Shown here piece after piece: positions 49,835 through 62,827 of a stretch of 64,000 bases of DNA; position 1 is the stretch's first letter; each line of letters starts with the position of its first letter. Where the stretch lies: the NCBI GenBank assembly GCA_002269645.1, contig NIVC01000713.1, forward strand, positions 434,001-498,000, written 5' to 3'. The stretch comes from Macrostomum lignano. Its lineage: Eukaryota. Position numbers and translations under genes: made by a program. The notes under the pieces are model-generated. The model saw only the letters and a list, made by a program, of their open reading frames with translations, was not told the origin of the DNA and ran no database searches.

Positions 49835-50869
49835 ATTCAGTCTAACGGGATTTTTTGCGTTTTTAACCTGAAATTATATATTTTTTCTGGTTCTTGCGTG
49901 CACTATCCGGGCGACTTAGCAGAGACGCGATAATTTAAATATACCTAAAACGTTCATTAGTTAGTAATTCGAACAAATTTCTATTTAATATGCAGAGAAA
50001 GTCTGGCATTATTATAGTACGTACAATTAAAACATGCCTGAAATATCAAAAGTTACATTATTTATATTAGCTTGTAAGTCTTTTTGCTAAATATTTTTGA
50101 TAAAAAACTTCGTGTAAATATTATTGACAATATCAGTATGATATATCCTTATTTCAAAAACACGAATAAAAGATTTGTTAAGCTTTGAAACATGATTAAT
50201 AGTATAAAATAATCACAATGATTACATTATTATTAAAAAATATAAAATAGAATATAAAAATGTATAAAACATTTGTTATATCCTATATACTAAAAATGAA
50301 ATGTCTGTAACTAACTAGCTATGCGATAGATTTCAGAAAAAGTGGCTCAACCGATTTTCTTCAAACTTGCACCATTTGATCAGAAATTTTCCTGGGACGG
50401 TACATGCATCTTGGCTAAGAAATTGCTCAATTTTAAAGGGATTAAATATTCGAAAAACATGCTTTTTTGCAAAGGTCAAGCAGCTCTTTCGACCTGAAAT
50501 GAATTGTAAAAATGCGAAAGAAAAAACTGACTGACTGAATTTCAATTGTGATAAAGATTGCATCACAACAAGATGAAAACAGTGTCGAAAAAATGCACAC
50601 AAGACTTGATTGTAATTGCGTAACCATATTGCTAACTTGAATTGAGACTGATACTGGCTGACTGAGAAATTGATTATGTCATAACTTTTTACTCTAACTG
50701 ACTTGCTATAAGAATTGAATTATAAGGGCCACAATACATGTTCTCCAATTGAAAAGAGATAGCCAAGATGCGAACAGACTGGACTGCTAATGTAGCGACC
50801 TGGGTTCGAATCTTAGTAGTGCAAAAACATTTTTTTATTAAAACACTTTAAAACACAAAATGCTAAACA

Positions 50870-52680
50870 TAAAAGAAGCGCAATGTCAAATATAAAAGAG
50901 CCACCATGCCAAACAAAAAAGTGCCACCATGTAGAACACAGAAGAGACACCATGTCAAACATAAAAGAGCCACCATTTCAAACATAAAAGAGCCACCATG
51001 TGAAACATATACGTGACTCAATGTCAAACATTAAAGAGCCACCATGTCAAACATTAAAGAGCCACCATGTCGAACATAACAGAGACAACATTTCAAACAT
51101 AAAAGAGCCATCATGTCAAACATAAAAGAGCCACCATGTCGAACATTAAAGAGCCACTATGTCAAACATAACAGAGACAACATTTCAAACATAAAAGAGC
51201 CATCATGTCAAACATTAAAGAGCCACCATGTCGAACATTAAAGAGCCACCATTTTGAACATTGAAGAGCCACCATGTCAAACATTAAAGAGCCACCAAGT
51301 AAAATATAAAAGAGCTACCATGTCAAAAATAAAAGAGCCACCATGTCGAACATAACAGAGACAACATTTCAAACATTTAAGAGCCACCATGTCAAACATA
51401 AAAGAGCGACCATGTCGAGCATAAAAGAGCCACCATGTCAAACATAAAAGAGCCACCATGTCAAACATTAAAGAGCCACCATGTCAAACATTCAAGAGAA
51501 ACCATGTCGAACATAACAGAGACAACATTTCAAACATTTAAGAGCCACCATGTCAAACATAAAAGAGCCACCATGTCGAGCATAAAATAGCCACCATGTT
51601 GAACATTAAAGAGCCACCATGTCAAACATTAAAGAGCCACCATGTCGAGCATAAAAGAGCCACCATGTCGAACATAAAAGAGCCACCATGTCAAACATTA
51701 AAGAGCCACCATGTCAAACATTCAAGAGACACCATGTCGAACATAACAGAGACAACATTTCAAACATTTAAGAGCCACCATGTCAAACATAAAAGATCTA
51801 CCATGTCAAACATAAAAGAGCCATCATGTCAAACATAAAAGAGCCACCATGTCGAACATTAAAGAGCCACCATGTTCAACATTAAGGAGCCACCATATCA
51901 AACATAAAAGAGCCACCATGTCAAACATTAAAGAGCCACCATGTCAAACATTAAAGAGCCACCATGTCAAACATTCAAGATCAGCCATGTCGAACATAAA
52001 AGAGCCACCATGTAAAATATAAAAGAGCTACCATGTCAAACATAAAAGAGCCATCATGTCAAACATAAAAGAGCCATCATGTGAAACATATACGTGACTC
52101 AATGTCAAACATTAAAGAGCCACCATGTCAAACATATACGTGACTCCATGTCAAACATTAAAGAGCCACCATGTCAAACATATATGACTCCATGTCAAAC
52201 ATATATGACTCCATGTCAAACATATATGACTCCATGTCAAACATTAAAAATAAAAAAGACACCATGTCACACATAAGGGAGCCACCATATCAAACATAAA
52301 AGAGCTACCATGTCAAAACATTATTGAGCCATTATGCCCAATATAAAAAGACACAATTTCAAATGTAAAAGGGCCGCCATGTCAAACATAGAAGAGCCAC
52401 CATGTCAAACATAGAAGAGCCACCATGTCAAACAACTAAGCCACCATGTCAAACATAACAGAGACACCATTTCAAACGTAAAAGGGCCGCCATGGCAAAC
52501 ATAGAAGAGCCACCATGTCAAACATTAAAGAGCTACCATGTCAAACACAAAAGGGCCACCACGTCCAACATTAAAGAGCTATCATGTCAAACACAAAAGA
52601 GCTACCATGTCAAACATTAAAAAGCCACTTTTTTAAACAAAAAAGAGACACCATTTCAAACATAAAAGAAGTGTCATGCC
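50870..52680. repeat. Diverged 23-bp minisatellite (CCACCATGTCAAACATAAAAGAG)
   Basis: Direct reading. Confidence 0.92.
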
Positions 52681-52734
52681 AAACAAAATGAAACCATTAT
52701 AAAGCTAAGGAAATTGTTGCACTAGCTACTTGTT

Positions 52735-53300
52735 CTCTGGTGGATGCTTGCTATTTAAGGATGGATACTTGCTATCAGGGGGATGCTTGCTCTTGGGGGT
52801 GGAGAGTACTTGCTATCTGAGAGGGGGTTGCTAGATATCTATAAGGTATCTTTGTATCCAGGTTATGCTTGCTATCAGGGGTTGCTTGCTGTCTGGGGGA
52901 TGCTTGCTATCTGGGGGGGGATGCTTGCTATCTGGGGATGCTTGCTATCTGCGGGATGCTTGCTATCTGGGGGATGCTTGCTATCTGCGGGATGCTTGCT
53001 ATCTGGGGACGCTTGCTATCTGGGGTCTGGGGGAATGCTTGCTATCTGGGGATGCTTGCGATCTGGGGGATGCTTGCTATCTGAGGAATGCTTGCTATCT
53101 GGGGGATGCTTGCTATCTGCGGGATGCTTGCTATCTGGGGGATGCTTGCTATCTGGGGTCTGGGGGAATGCTTGCTATCGGGGGATGCTTGCAGTCTGAG
53201 GGATGCTTGCTATCTGGGGATGCTTGCTATCTGGGGGATGCTTGCAGTCTGGGGGATGCTTGCTATTTGGGGATCAATGCTTGAATGTTGTCTGAGGATG
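52735..53300. repeat. ~18-20 bp minisatellite (GGGATGCTTGCTATCTG core, variable G run)
   Basis: Direct reading. Confidence 0.9.
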
Positions 53301-54546
53301 CTTGCTGTCTTGGGATGTTTTGTTTTTAAGAGGGAATGTCTGTTGTTTTTTCTGAAGGCTTTATTTCGCTGTCTATTTGTTATTTGTAAAAAACAAGGAT
53401 TCTATCCAGATGTCCCCCATCGGGGGGCAAAGATTGCTAGTAAGAAATCTAATAATAAATGACAGTTATAAAAGTAGAAAGCTTTGAATACGCAAGAAAT
53501 TTCATTCCATTATATTTTAATTAGTGTTGCGCAATGACTATGTAGTTAAATATATGTGACTATATAGTTTTACTGAAATTGAAAGTGAACAGCTGAAATG
53601 CAGGAATATAGCTAGCCATGCCATGTATAGATTTATTTCATTTTTATAGTGATGCATGTTGTGCCCTGGAACAACAGCAACAATAAGAAATTTCTGACTA
53701 TCCGGCAAGTAGGCCGCGGGCAATGCACTCTAACCCCTCCCCACCGCGTTTGCCTAACCGTCCCATTCTCCGGCCCTTGGCATGCCCAATTCTGATTGGC
53801 CTAGCCTATAGTATCATGTATTTTTTACCCTACGTTTGTTCTGATTGGCCAGCCGTGTTGAGACTATCAGTTATTGATTGGTTGGGTATCAGGTCTGCTG
53901 ATTAGAGTATTTTTGGCCAAATACCGGTATACATTTATGTAAGTGAGGGAGAGGGGCACACGCCTAATTCTGACAGCGCAGACCAACATCTGGAATTTAC
54001 TGGTATGACATTCCAATCATTATAACTATTTCAATAACAGCTAGCAGCTTTCTGTGACTCTACGCGCTCTCTCCCCTGCAAATTGATTGAAAAGTGAGTC
54101 GCCTTAATTCCCGTGTTATTCATTTTCGGTATTATGGCTCGGGAAGATACGGTTACGGGGACAAAATGACCTTTTGGTCACTCGACGGGGTTCCTCGTTG
54201 CGAAGTCAGTCAGGCAAGCAGGCTGATGCAATCGCAGGCTCGTCCGCTAGGAGAATTAGAGCTATGCATGTATCTGATAGTAGATGTTAGAATCACAACA
54301 GGTGCCAAGCGTTCGTAGATGTTTCAACCGCTGATGCCAACGTACGAACTACGAACTACTTGTACATTCATGAAATCTTGACTTTAGCATCCTCAAGTAG
54401 TTGAGCTTGAGCTGACATGCGCCCACCTAAGCACACGCTTACACATATTCATTGAGGGTGTGCAATTGACCTGACTTTCTCATTGACAGGCATATAATGT
54501 ATAAATGTGCACACTTCGCGACCTGGAAAATTTTCTTCGTGGGCCA

Positions 54547-54548
<2 letters not shown>

Positions 54549-54580
<32 letters not shown>
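54549..54580. repeat. (CA)n microsatellite
   Basis: Direct reading. Confidence 0.95.
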
Positions 54581-54583
<3 letters not shown>

Positions 54584-55474
54584 TCAATGTGTTCCGCCCC
54601 TCTGTGAGTACACCCAGTTTAAGTGCGTGCTCTCGCTTGCATGTACATGTGCAATTTAGATAATAGCTAGTTGGAATGTCACCGCCAAACCATTAACCTT
54701 TACACATGGTACATAATAATTGAGCTGCATGCTAACTCACCCAGCCTTCAACTGATCACTGCTCAAACGAGTCAGTTTGCTTGGACGAGGAACAAGATGG
54801 TTGCTCCCTGACAATGAGTTTATAGTATATATTTTGGCAGACGATCCACCAATAATTAAACAATTATACATCGGCCTAAGCAAAGCTGTAAGTCTGATCA
54901 TTTAGTCATGTGCATGTTCTATTCGAATTCAAGGAATATGATTTATAAACATTTTCTGCATTCGCTGGAACCAGGCGCTGCAATTCAGTCTCTCCATTCA
55001 TTCATTCATCGGAAAGAATTTAGCGTTTCAGCCCCTAACCGGGGCTCTTGGGCTAAGCAATCTACAAAGCCTTAACGAACCTATTTACAGACTTTATCGC
55101 AGCTTTAAACTACTATCAGTAGCGTAAAGCAAGTTCAGTATAAACTTACTATGCCCTACTGCAAAAGCAATACAAATGAACAGTTACGCGGTCAAGCCAC
55201 TACACTATTTATAGTCTGTTTCGCTCACGCAACCCCTCCCTCCAACCTAGTCAGCAGTTCTCAGACTTTGTAGGTTCCCAACCAGACTCCTTTTAATTAA
55301 TCGGAGTGGACTTGACAAAGCCCCGGTTGATGCCCTGCGGGCGCTTGGTTTTTACAAAGCACATGAATTCAAAAGGTTTCTGTTGATCGACAAAGAGACA
55401 GGGCAGGGACAGGGACACAGGGAATGGTGTGGTGTCCATCTTGGGCACACGCAATCGTGCACATGAGTCTAAGG

Positions 55475-56461
55475 CAGGAGTCGGCAAACTCCCCTGCCAT
55501 CTTCATCTTCAAGTCCGGCCCGCAGTACTCTTACTATCTAACAATGTATTCAATAAAAGTGGCCCGCGAACCAATTTTGTGTTGAAACATTCAACTTTAC
55601 AAGCAAAATTAGCTTTCACCCCGTCATTCCTGCGTCAATCTTAACTGGCGGGGTTGTTTGTTGTATTTGGTCTATCATCTAAAATTGTCGGCTATCCTAT
55701 AGAATCGTTCCTTGAATTATTTTTTCGCTTGAATTCGTTTCCTTTTTTTATTTTAGAGTCCAAAAATGTTAAACAAGTGAACGAATTAACAGTTTAACAT
55801 GTTCTGGCAGCTAAATTGCTTGTTATAGTCAATTGTCACATCACGACACGAGGGTACTACTTTAATGTTGGGTAATAGTGTGACTGGGTGGGTAATTTTA
55901 TCCACACATCTCTCCATATTTGAGTTTTTGCGCTGATTTCAAGAGTTATAAAAATAGTATCAGTTTTGTGCACGCAAAGCATGAAAATATGGTCTATGGT
56001 AAAAAAACTGTGACAGTGCGCGGGGAGTGACCTTAAAGGGAGATGCGTTTAAGATTGAAAAATTAGCTGCCGAGCTGCCAATACTGGGATTCAAGTCAAA
56101 CCATTGCTTAATTTTCTGATTTTGGACTACTACTCCCTGGATAGACGACCATGCAGCGGCCTCAGGTTGGATTGTGCCTGTTTAACTTTTAAGTAGTACC
56201 CTCGTGTCGCGATGTGGCGGTTGACTATAACAAACAATTTAGCTGCCAGTACATGTTAAACTGTTAATTCGTTCACTTGTTTCATATTTTTGGACTCTAA
56301 AAATAGAAAGGAATCAAACTCAAGCGAAAAAATAATTTAATGAATGATTCTACAGGATACCAAATGGTCATTTAGCCTCAATTTGTTGTGCATTTTTCTG
56401 GCCCGCCCCCTTCAACCAGTCTTCCAATCCGGCCCGCACTGGAAAAGTTTGCCGACCCCTG
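55475..56461. mobile_element. hAT (Charlie-like) MITE, 987 bp, containing a nested inverted-repeat element
   Basis: TIR CAGGAGTCGGCAAACT / AGTTTGCCGACCCCTG; perfect 8-bp TSD GTCTAAGG at 55467-55474 and 56462-56469; subterminal GGCCCGC motifs. Confidence 0.85.
55690..56362. mobile_element. Nested element with ~170-bp inverted arms (55690-55862 and 56188-56362)
   Basis: e.g. aagtgaacgaattaacagtttaacatg vs catgttaaactgttaattcgttcactt; acgacacgagggtactact vs agtagtaccctcgtgtcg. Confidence 0.7.
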
Positions 56462-57019
56462 GTCTAAGGGGTGAGCGCAGCAGGATCGACTGTTGTCGCC
56501 TTCTTGAAGTGCTGCAGTGACAAAGTCGCATTTAAATTTCATACCACAACTTGATCCCATGCATAATCAAGTAAATTGTTGCCGTAGGCTCCGAGTTACT
56601 AAACATTGTGGTGACTGCTCTAACCAGACTCTCGCAACATACCCTCCCTAGCCCTAACTTGAAAAATACGCGAAAGTTTTGATGAAAAGCGAAAAACATA
56701 TCAGCACTGAATCATCCAATTTTCATACTCCTTCCTGTCTCTTTGTGAATTAACAAAAGACTTGGAAATTAGAGTTGCATTGTAAAGGCAACGGCCCGCA
56801 GGCCCTCAGTAGGTTTTGTAAATTTCACTCCGATTAATTAAAAGAGAAGCTAATTTTAACAACCATCATCAACAAAATCAAAAGATATCATATGGGCCAG
56901 CTCATTTGAGTCTCTTAAACATCAGGGATAATTCGGTCTCTCATAGAATAAGCAAAGACGTTTATTGACGAAGAATACTTCAATATCAGAGCAGTTTTGA
57001 TTGACCCTCAGAAACATTG

Positions 57020-57380
57020 GAGTGAGATGGGTGTCTATGGAGGGAGGTGGGTGTGTATGGATTGACATGGGTGTCTATGGAGGGAGGTGGTGTGTATGGA
57101 TTGAGATGGGTGTCTATGGAGGGAGGTGGTGTGTATGGATTGAGATGGGTGTCTATGGAGGGAGGTGGTGTGTATGGATTGAGATGGGTGTCTATGGAGG
57201 GAGGTGGTGTGTATGGATTGAGATGGGTGTCTATGGAGGGAGGTGGTGTGTATGGATTGAGATGGGTGTCTATGGAGGGAGGTGGTGTGTATGGAGTAAG
57301 ATGGGTGTCTATGGAGGGAGGTGGTGTGTATGGAGTGAGATAGGGGTGTGTATGGAGTGAGATAGCGGTGTGTATGGAGT
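57020..57380. repeat. 39-bp minisatellite (GAGATGGGTGTCTATGGAGGGAGGTGGTGTGTATGGATT)
   Basis: Direct reading, period 39. Confidence 0.92.
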
Positions 57381-58879
57381 GTGGTGGGTGGGCCCTCAGC
57401 CCTCAGGCATGCCGACGTATCTCGTGATTTTTAAAAATACCTCTCTCAAAAGACACGTTTAATCTCACATAGCATCGACATAAAGATTTCACTGTATACT
57501 ATTGAATATTACTAAACAAAATCCCGGATTTCTAAATTTTTGTTTGAATTATTACAGAATGTAAATCATTCATCTGGATGTTTTCTTGCTCCTCGTAATA
57601 AGGGCTAATCAGTTGTGTCGGGAGACAAATCCCGCTGGGAAAAATCTTCGACAGTGATTAAAACAAATTTTATTAAAATCAAACGCGTGTTGAAACCGCG
57701 GTCCTATAGCGCTTTTCATTAATAATTCACGACACGGAGCAGAATTTAATCATGAGAACAAGAATTTCCCGCATATTTCCTACGTGAAAAGGAGTAATCA
57801 AAGAGAATGTCAGGTTGCCGATGCTTAACTGTTATATTTTCCCATGGCAGTGAAATTGTGCCAGAACTGACAATTTATAGAATGCTTTCGACAGGACACG
57901 CTGATAAATCTGAGTTACAAGGACAATACGAATTATTGCTTGAAACAGTTATGAAAAAACACGAATACTCATTTAATTTTGTTTTATTACCTGCTGCAGG
58001 TTTCACGGTTCCACCAACCAGACGGGCCGGATATAATAACCAATAGTGTAAGAAGGATTTTCTTACAAAAATAAAACGATTTTCTCTAATCTTCGGTAGG
58101 AAATACAAGTCAAAGGCTTTCTGAGCCTCTAAATGATAATTTCTGCACAGTCACGAGTGCATTGATGTCTTTCACGCACGAGTGAACGTGAAGGAATCCC
58201 ATTGTGGGATGAGTCATCGTGCAGGAATACATTTCTGCTCTTTTCAATGCTTTTTCAATGAGATTTTACCATTTGACATCCCATTCCTGCACGGAAAATC
58301 AGCTGACAATGTGCCAAGAATTCATCTTAGGGACTTTGATTGAATGAGAGGGAAACGCTACAGTAAAATAATCATGATTAGTTTTTAACATAAAAAATGA
58401 TTGCTGCAAAACATTCGTACTAAATTATATCGGACGAGAACTTTTTAAAATACTGCGTCGGTGCAAGTAAGTAGCAGTAATCTAGTGCGATTCTTATAAC
58501 GAGAAATTATAATGTGCTCAGAAAAAACATTTAATAGAAAGTTTTTCTCCACGATCTACACTAGAGTGCGAATACATCGATTTTAAATTTTCTGTCTACA
58601 TGTAGCATGGTGTCAGGACCATTATCATTAATTAATACGAGTACATATTGCGTTGTGGTGCGATTCTTTAACGGGTAATAATTATGTGCTCGGAATAAAC
58701 ATTCTTTTAAATATTTTAACCACGATCTATGCAAAGAGATCCAACTTTAACTTGCGCAAATACTCAAATTTTGAAGAATCTCGATAACACGGATTTAGGA
58801 CCATTCCGTCAGAGTATTTGCTTTTGTTTCTGTCAGAGTATTCTCGTTAAAGATCAAATCTATTGCTTTAAAGAAATTT

Positions 58880-59312
58880 CAAGGTCACACTGAAGTCACT
58901 TCAGCTTCTCAAGATAGTTCCAATTCTTTAAGGTCACTAACGTTTCTCAAGGTCATTCAAACGCTCCAAAAGTCACTCCAAAACTTCAAGGTTGCTTCAA
59001 ACGCTCCAAGGTCACTCAAAACTTCAAGGTCGCTTCAAACGCTCCAAAGGTCACTCAAAACTTCAAGGTCGCTTCAAACGCTCCAAAGGTCACTCCAAAA
59101 CTTCAACGTTGCTTTATAAGCTCCAAAGGTCACTCCAAAACTTCAAGGTCGCTTCAAAAGCTCCAAGGTCACTCCAAAACTTCAAGGTCGCTTCAAAAGC
59201 TCTAAAGGTCACTCCAAAACTTCAATGTTGCTCAAACGCTCCAATTAAGGTCACTCCAAAACTTCAAGGTTGCTTCAAACGCTCCAAGGTCACTCCAAAA
59301 CATCAAGGTTGC
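58880..59312. repeat. Diverged ~37-40 bp tandem repeat (AAGGTCACTCCAAAACTTCAAGGTCGCTTCAAACGCTCC)
   Basis: Direct reading; lies directly 3' of the GPCR stop codon. Confidence 0.85.
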
Positions 59313-59316
59313 ATCG

Positions 59317-62233
59317 TCAGTTAAACGTGGCGGAGGCCGTTGGACGGTTCGTCGTCTGCTGAGGCGGACCGGTGACGGTGCCCTCCATGCTCTGCATGCC
59401 GATGTCGTCAACTCTGGCCGGACCGAACTGGATCAAAGCGACGACCTGTCGATCATTGGGCAGGGTAGGTTTGGAAGAGTCAAATTCTATTCTGTTTCTG
59501 CTTGTAAAGAGATTGTTTCGATACAAAAGATGAATAGACACGTTAAAACAGAACTTAATTGCTGTCAAATCATTGCAGGTCGCTGCATTCGCAAATCTTG
59601 CAAATTTCGTTTTCGCTGCAAAATACATTGGCGAAATTAGATTTTAAAAAAAATATCTTATCTTTTGAATGCCAGAGTTACAAACGGAGAAATTATGTGT
59701 ATTGTTCAGAATAGTTTCACAAAATTTCAAGAAAAGTCAGAATCAAAAGAACCACAAGAAATGCTATGAAAGATCCGGCCTCCAAAAAAATCATGCAATA
59801 TTCGAGCCTAGCTTTCTTCTACTTTGGTTGTCAATGGGAAATTGAATGACCCATATATAGAAAATACTAAATAAAGCTATATAAACTGAGTTAAACTGAA
59901 TTAGTAGGAGAAAAGTGAGTGGGGCGCAGGGCCCAAACCAGTGATTTAAGGCATTTATTTAGGGTGGGGGTCGGCTAACTTTTTTACACCAGGCTCATGG
60001 CTGCGGGCCAGCTGAGAGAGGAAGGAGAGGGAATAGAAAATGAGAGAGGAGAGCAGAGAGGAGAGGAGAGGCGAGAGATGAGTTGAGAGAAGAGGTAAGA
60101 GCAGAGAAGAGGGGAGAGAGAGGGAAGATAAGAGGAGAGGAGAGGAGAGGAGAGGAGAGGAGAGGAGAGAGGAGAGGAGAGGAGAGGAGAGGAGAGGAGA
60201 AGAGAGGAGAGGAGAGGAGAGGAGAGGAGAGAGAGGAGAGAGGAGAGGAGAGGAGAGGAGAGGAGAGGAGAGGAGAGAGGAGAGGAGAGGAGAGGAGAGG
60301 AGAGGAGAGGAGAGAGGAGAGGAGAGAGGAGGTGAGGAGAGGAGAGGAGAGGAGAGGAGAGAGGAGAGAGGAGAGAGGAGAGGAGAGGAGAGGAGAGGAG
60401 AGGAGAGGAGAGGAGAGGAGAGGAGAGGAGAGGAGAGGAGAGGAGAGAGGAGAGGAGAGAGGAGAGGTGAGGAGAGGAGAAGAGAGGAGAAGAGAGGAGA
60501 GGAGAGGAGAAAGGAGAGAGGAGAGGGAAGAGAAGAGAGGGGAGAAGAGAAGAGATGAGAAGAGACACCAACCCTGAGCGGGCCGGATTGCTATCGTTAA
60601 GTTTCAAAGGACTCCAGTGCCGGATAGAGAGGAGTTTGCCGACCCCTGATTTAGGGGGTTTGATGATGAGTGCAATTAGATAAGACGATGAGGGGTGAAA
60701 TGCGCGACTGCTGAGGAAAGAGGCAAGAATGGAGAGCCAATCAGAAGGCAGCGAGGGAGAGAGAGAGATAAGAAAAACAAGATTGAACTAAGCAGAGGGA
60801 GAGAATACAGAGTAAATAGAGACGACGAGTGAAGGTGAAATAAGAAATGACTAAGAGAATCGCAGCAACCCAAAAGCGCGATTAAAGTACCAAGAATCGC
60901 AGCAACCCAAAAGCGCGATTAAAGTACCAAGAATCGCAGCAACCCAAAAGCGCGATTAAAGTACCAAGAATCGCAGCAACCCAAAAGCGCGATTAAAGCA
61001 CCAAGAATCGCAGCAACCCAAAAGCGCGATTAAAGTACCAAGAATCGCAGCAACCCAAAAGCGCGATTAAAGCACCAAGAATCGCAGCAACCCAAAAGCG
61101 CGATTAAAGTACCAAGAATCGCAGCAACCCAAAAGCGCGATTAAAGTACCAAGAATCGCAGCAACCCAAAAGCGCGATTAAAGTACCAAGAATCGCAGCA
61201 ACCCAAAAGCGCGATTAAAGTACCAAGAATCGCAGCAACCCAAAAGCGCGATTAAAGTACCAAGAATCGCAGCAACCCAAAAGCGCGATTAAAGTACCAA
61301 GAATCGCAGCAACCCAAAAGCGCGATTAAAGTACCAAGAATCGCAGCAACCCAAAAGCGCAATTAAAGCACCAAGAATCGCAGCAACCCAAAAGCGCGAT
61401 TAAAGTACCAAGAATCGCAGCAACCCAAAAGCGCAATTAAAGCACCAAGAATCGCAGCAACCCAAAAGCGCGATTAAAGTACCAAGAATCGCAGCAACCC
61501 AAAAGCGCGATTAAAGTACCAAGAATCGCAGCAACCCAAAAGCGCGATTAAAGTACCAAGAATCGCAGCAACCCAAAGCGCGATTAAAGTACCACAAAAG
61601 CATTTGAATCATCGCCAGTTTGTAGCTGAACACGGCGAATTTACCTCAAAACAAAATTTCTCAAAAATGGTCAATTTTACCTTGCTGCCAAACACCAGCA
61701 ACAGGGTGGCAGTCGAGCAGATGAAGATGCAGGCAAACACGAGCACGAACTGCATAGTCGCAGCAGAGTCCGGCAGCACGAAGGACAGGGCCACAGCGAT
61801 CGCGCCCATGATGGTGGTGTTGTACACGCAGATTCCAATCTGTTTGCTGTCGTTCAGAGCCTGCACGTACACGTGTCGGGTCTCCCAGGCGAAGAAGATC
61901 CCGAATATGAGCACTAGGCCTGCGGTTTATTATTGCAGAATGGTGAATATTGCAGCCGATAAAAATGCAAAACTGTTGCATGTGTAGCTAATAGTAGCAT
62001 TTCAATGGTTGTTTCCCCTAGTTTTCCTAACCAAAATCATGAAACTGTGTAGCTATACTCAGCAACATTGAAAAGTCGCCAGTCTATGCGCCAGTGAGCA
62101 ATTTCTCTTGGACTATTCTGAAATAAAAGATACGAGAAAACTCGAAGAAGATACGAAGAAGAGAGACTTTACCTGCACTCTCAAAAATGGCGACCACAGA
62201 CGGAATCGTCCGTGATGGCGATTTTCTATGTTG
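59317..62233 (-). CDS. 3' part of a GABA-B-receptor-like class C GPCR (TM5-TM7 and tail); exons 61919-61681 and 59445-59317, tentative exon 62233-62173; upstream exons not identified
   Basis: GLVLIFGIFFAWETRHVYVQALNDSKQIGICVYN..CSTATLLLVFGSK matches the GABA-B family motif FG.FLAWETR.V.IPALNDSK.IG.SVYN; ccgcag / gtaaaa and cgacag boundaries, phase 0. Confidence 0.82.
59965..60648. mobile_element. hAT (Charlie-like) MITE containing an (AGGAG)n satellite, in the GPCR intron
   Basis: Left TIR TGGGGGTCGGCTAACT (degenerate), right AGTTTGCCGACCCCTG; perfect 8-bp TSD ATTTAGGG at 59957-59964 and 60649-60656; same TIR family as 55475-56461. Confidence 0.8.
60010..60565. repeat. Polypurine (AGGAG)n / (GAGAG)n satellite
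   Basis: Direct reading. Confidence 0.95.
60860..61595. repeat. 37-bp highly homogeneous minisatellite (AAGAATCGCAGCAACCCAAAAGCGCGATTAAAGTACC), ~20 copies
   Basis: Direct reading, period 37. Confidence 0.95.
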
Positions 62234-62299
62234 CTGAGTATATGTTAATCTTTATAGAACTTTCTGTGCCAGAATAATGCGTGTATGCTTGTCCAAACC

Positions 62300-62340
62300 C
62301 AAGGACCACTGCATATAACTGTTATATACAGTGGTCCTTG
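62300..62340. other. 41-bp near-perfect palindrome
   Basis: CAAGGACCACTGCATATAAC-T-GTTATATACAGTGGTCCTTG: 20-bp arms, 1 mismatch. Confidence 0.85.
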
Positions 62341-62827
62341 TCAAAACCATCGCAAAGTCGGGCTAATTCGAACACAGAACGGTGAAAATGGATTCGCACA
62401 GGTAGTTTGCACAGGTATTCGATGTGTAGCAAGTGTAGAATTCGGAATCTTGGCTCCCAGGCGTTGGCTTTAATAATTTGAATCCGTAGGTTTCCAAACT
62501 CTAGCATGTAGAGTTAACACTGCAACAAGGTCGTGCCCCTATGATCTGTCATCAACGCAGTAAAACAACCAGCAAGCCAGGAAAAAACGGATGGGGAGTA
62601 CAGAAACTGATGGATAGTATCCTAGTTTTATAACCCTTCAGATGCTTCCAACCCTCTCCCTTTAGCGGGCCCCTTGCTTCCTGGAATCCATAGCTCTGAA
62701 TCGAACAGACGCGCATCATCAACAATCGAGGGCTACTTGCAGGGACATTTTATCTCGCGCCAATTGGGCCGCACCAACAGACTCCACCGCTTCGGCTAAA
62801 GTCGTGGTTTGGTCCGGCTGTCGAACA

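Noticed and set aside
50335-50545. Possible Helentron/DINE-like non-autonomous element (tcaaccgatttt..aaa motif, similar text near 63730)
   Set aside because: Only short motif similarity; termini and hairpin not identified.
62322-62800. Further upstream GPCR exons (TM4 / ECL2)
   Set aside because: No frame gave a convincing GABA-B-like TM4 or EHC motif with compatible splice phases.
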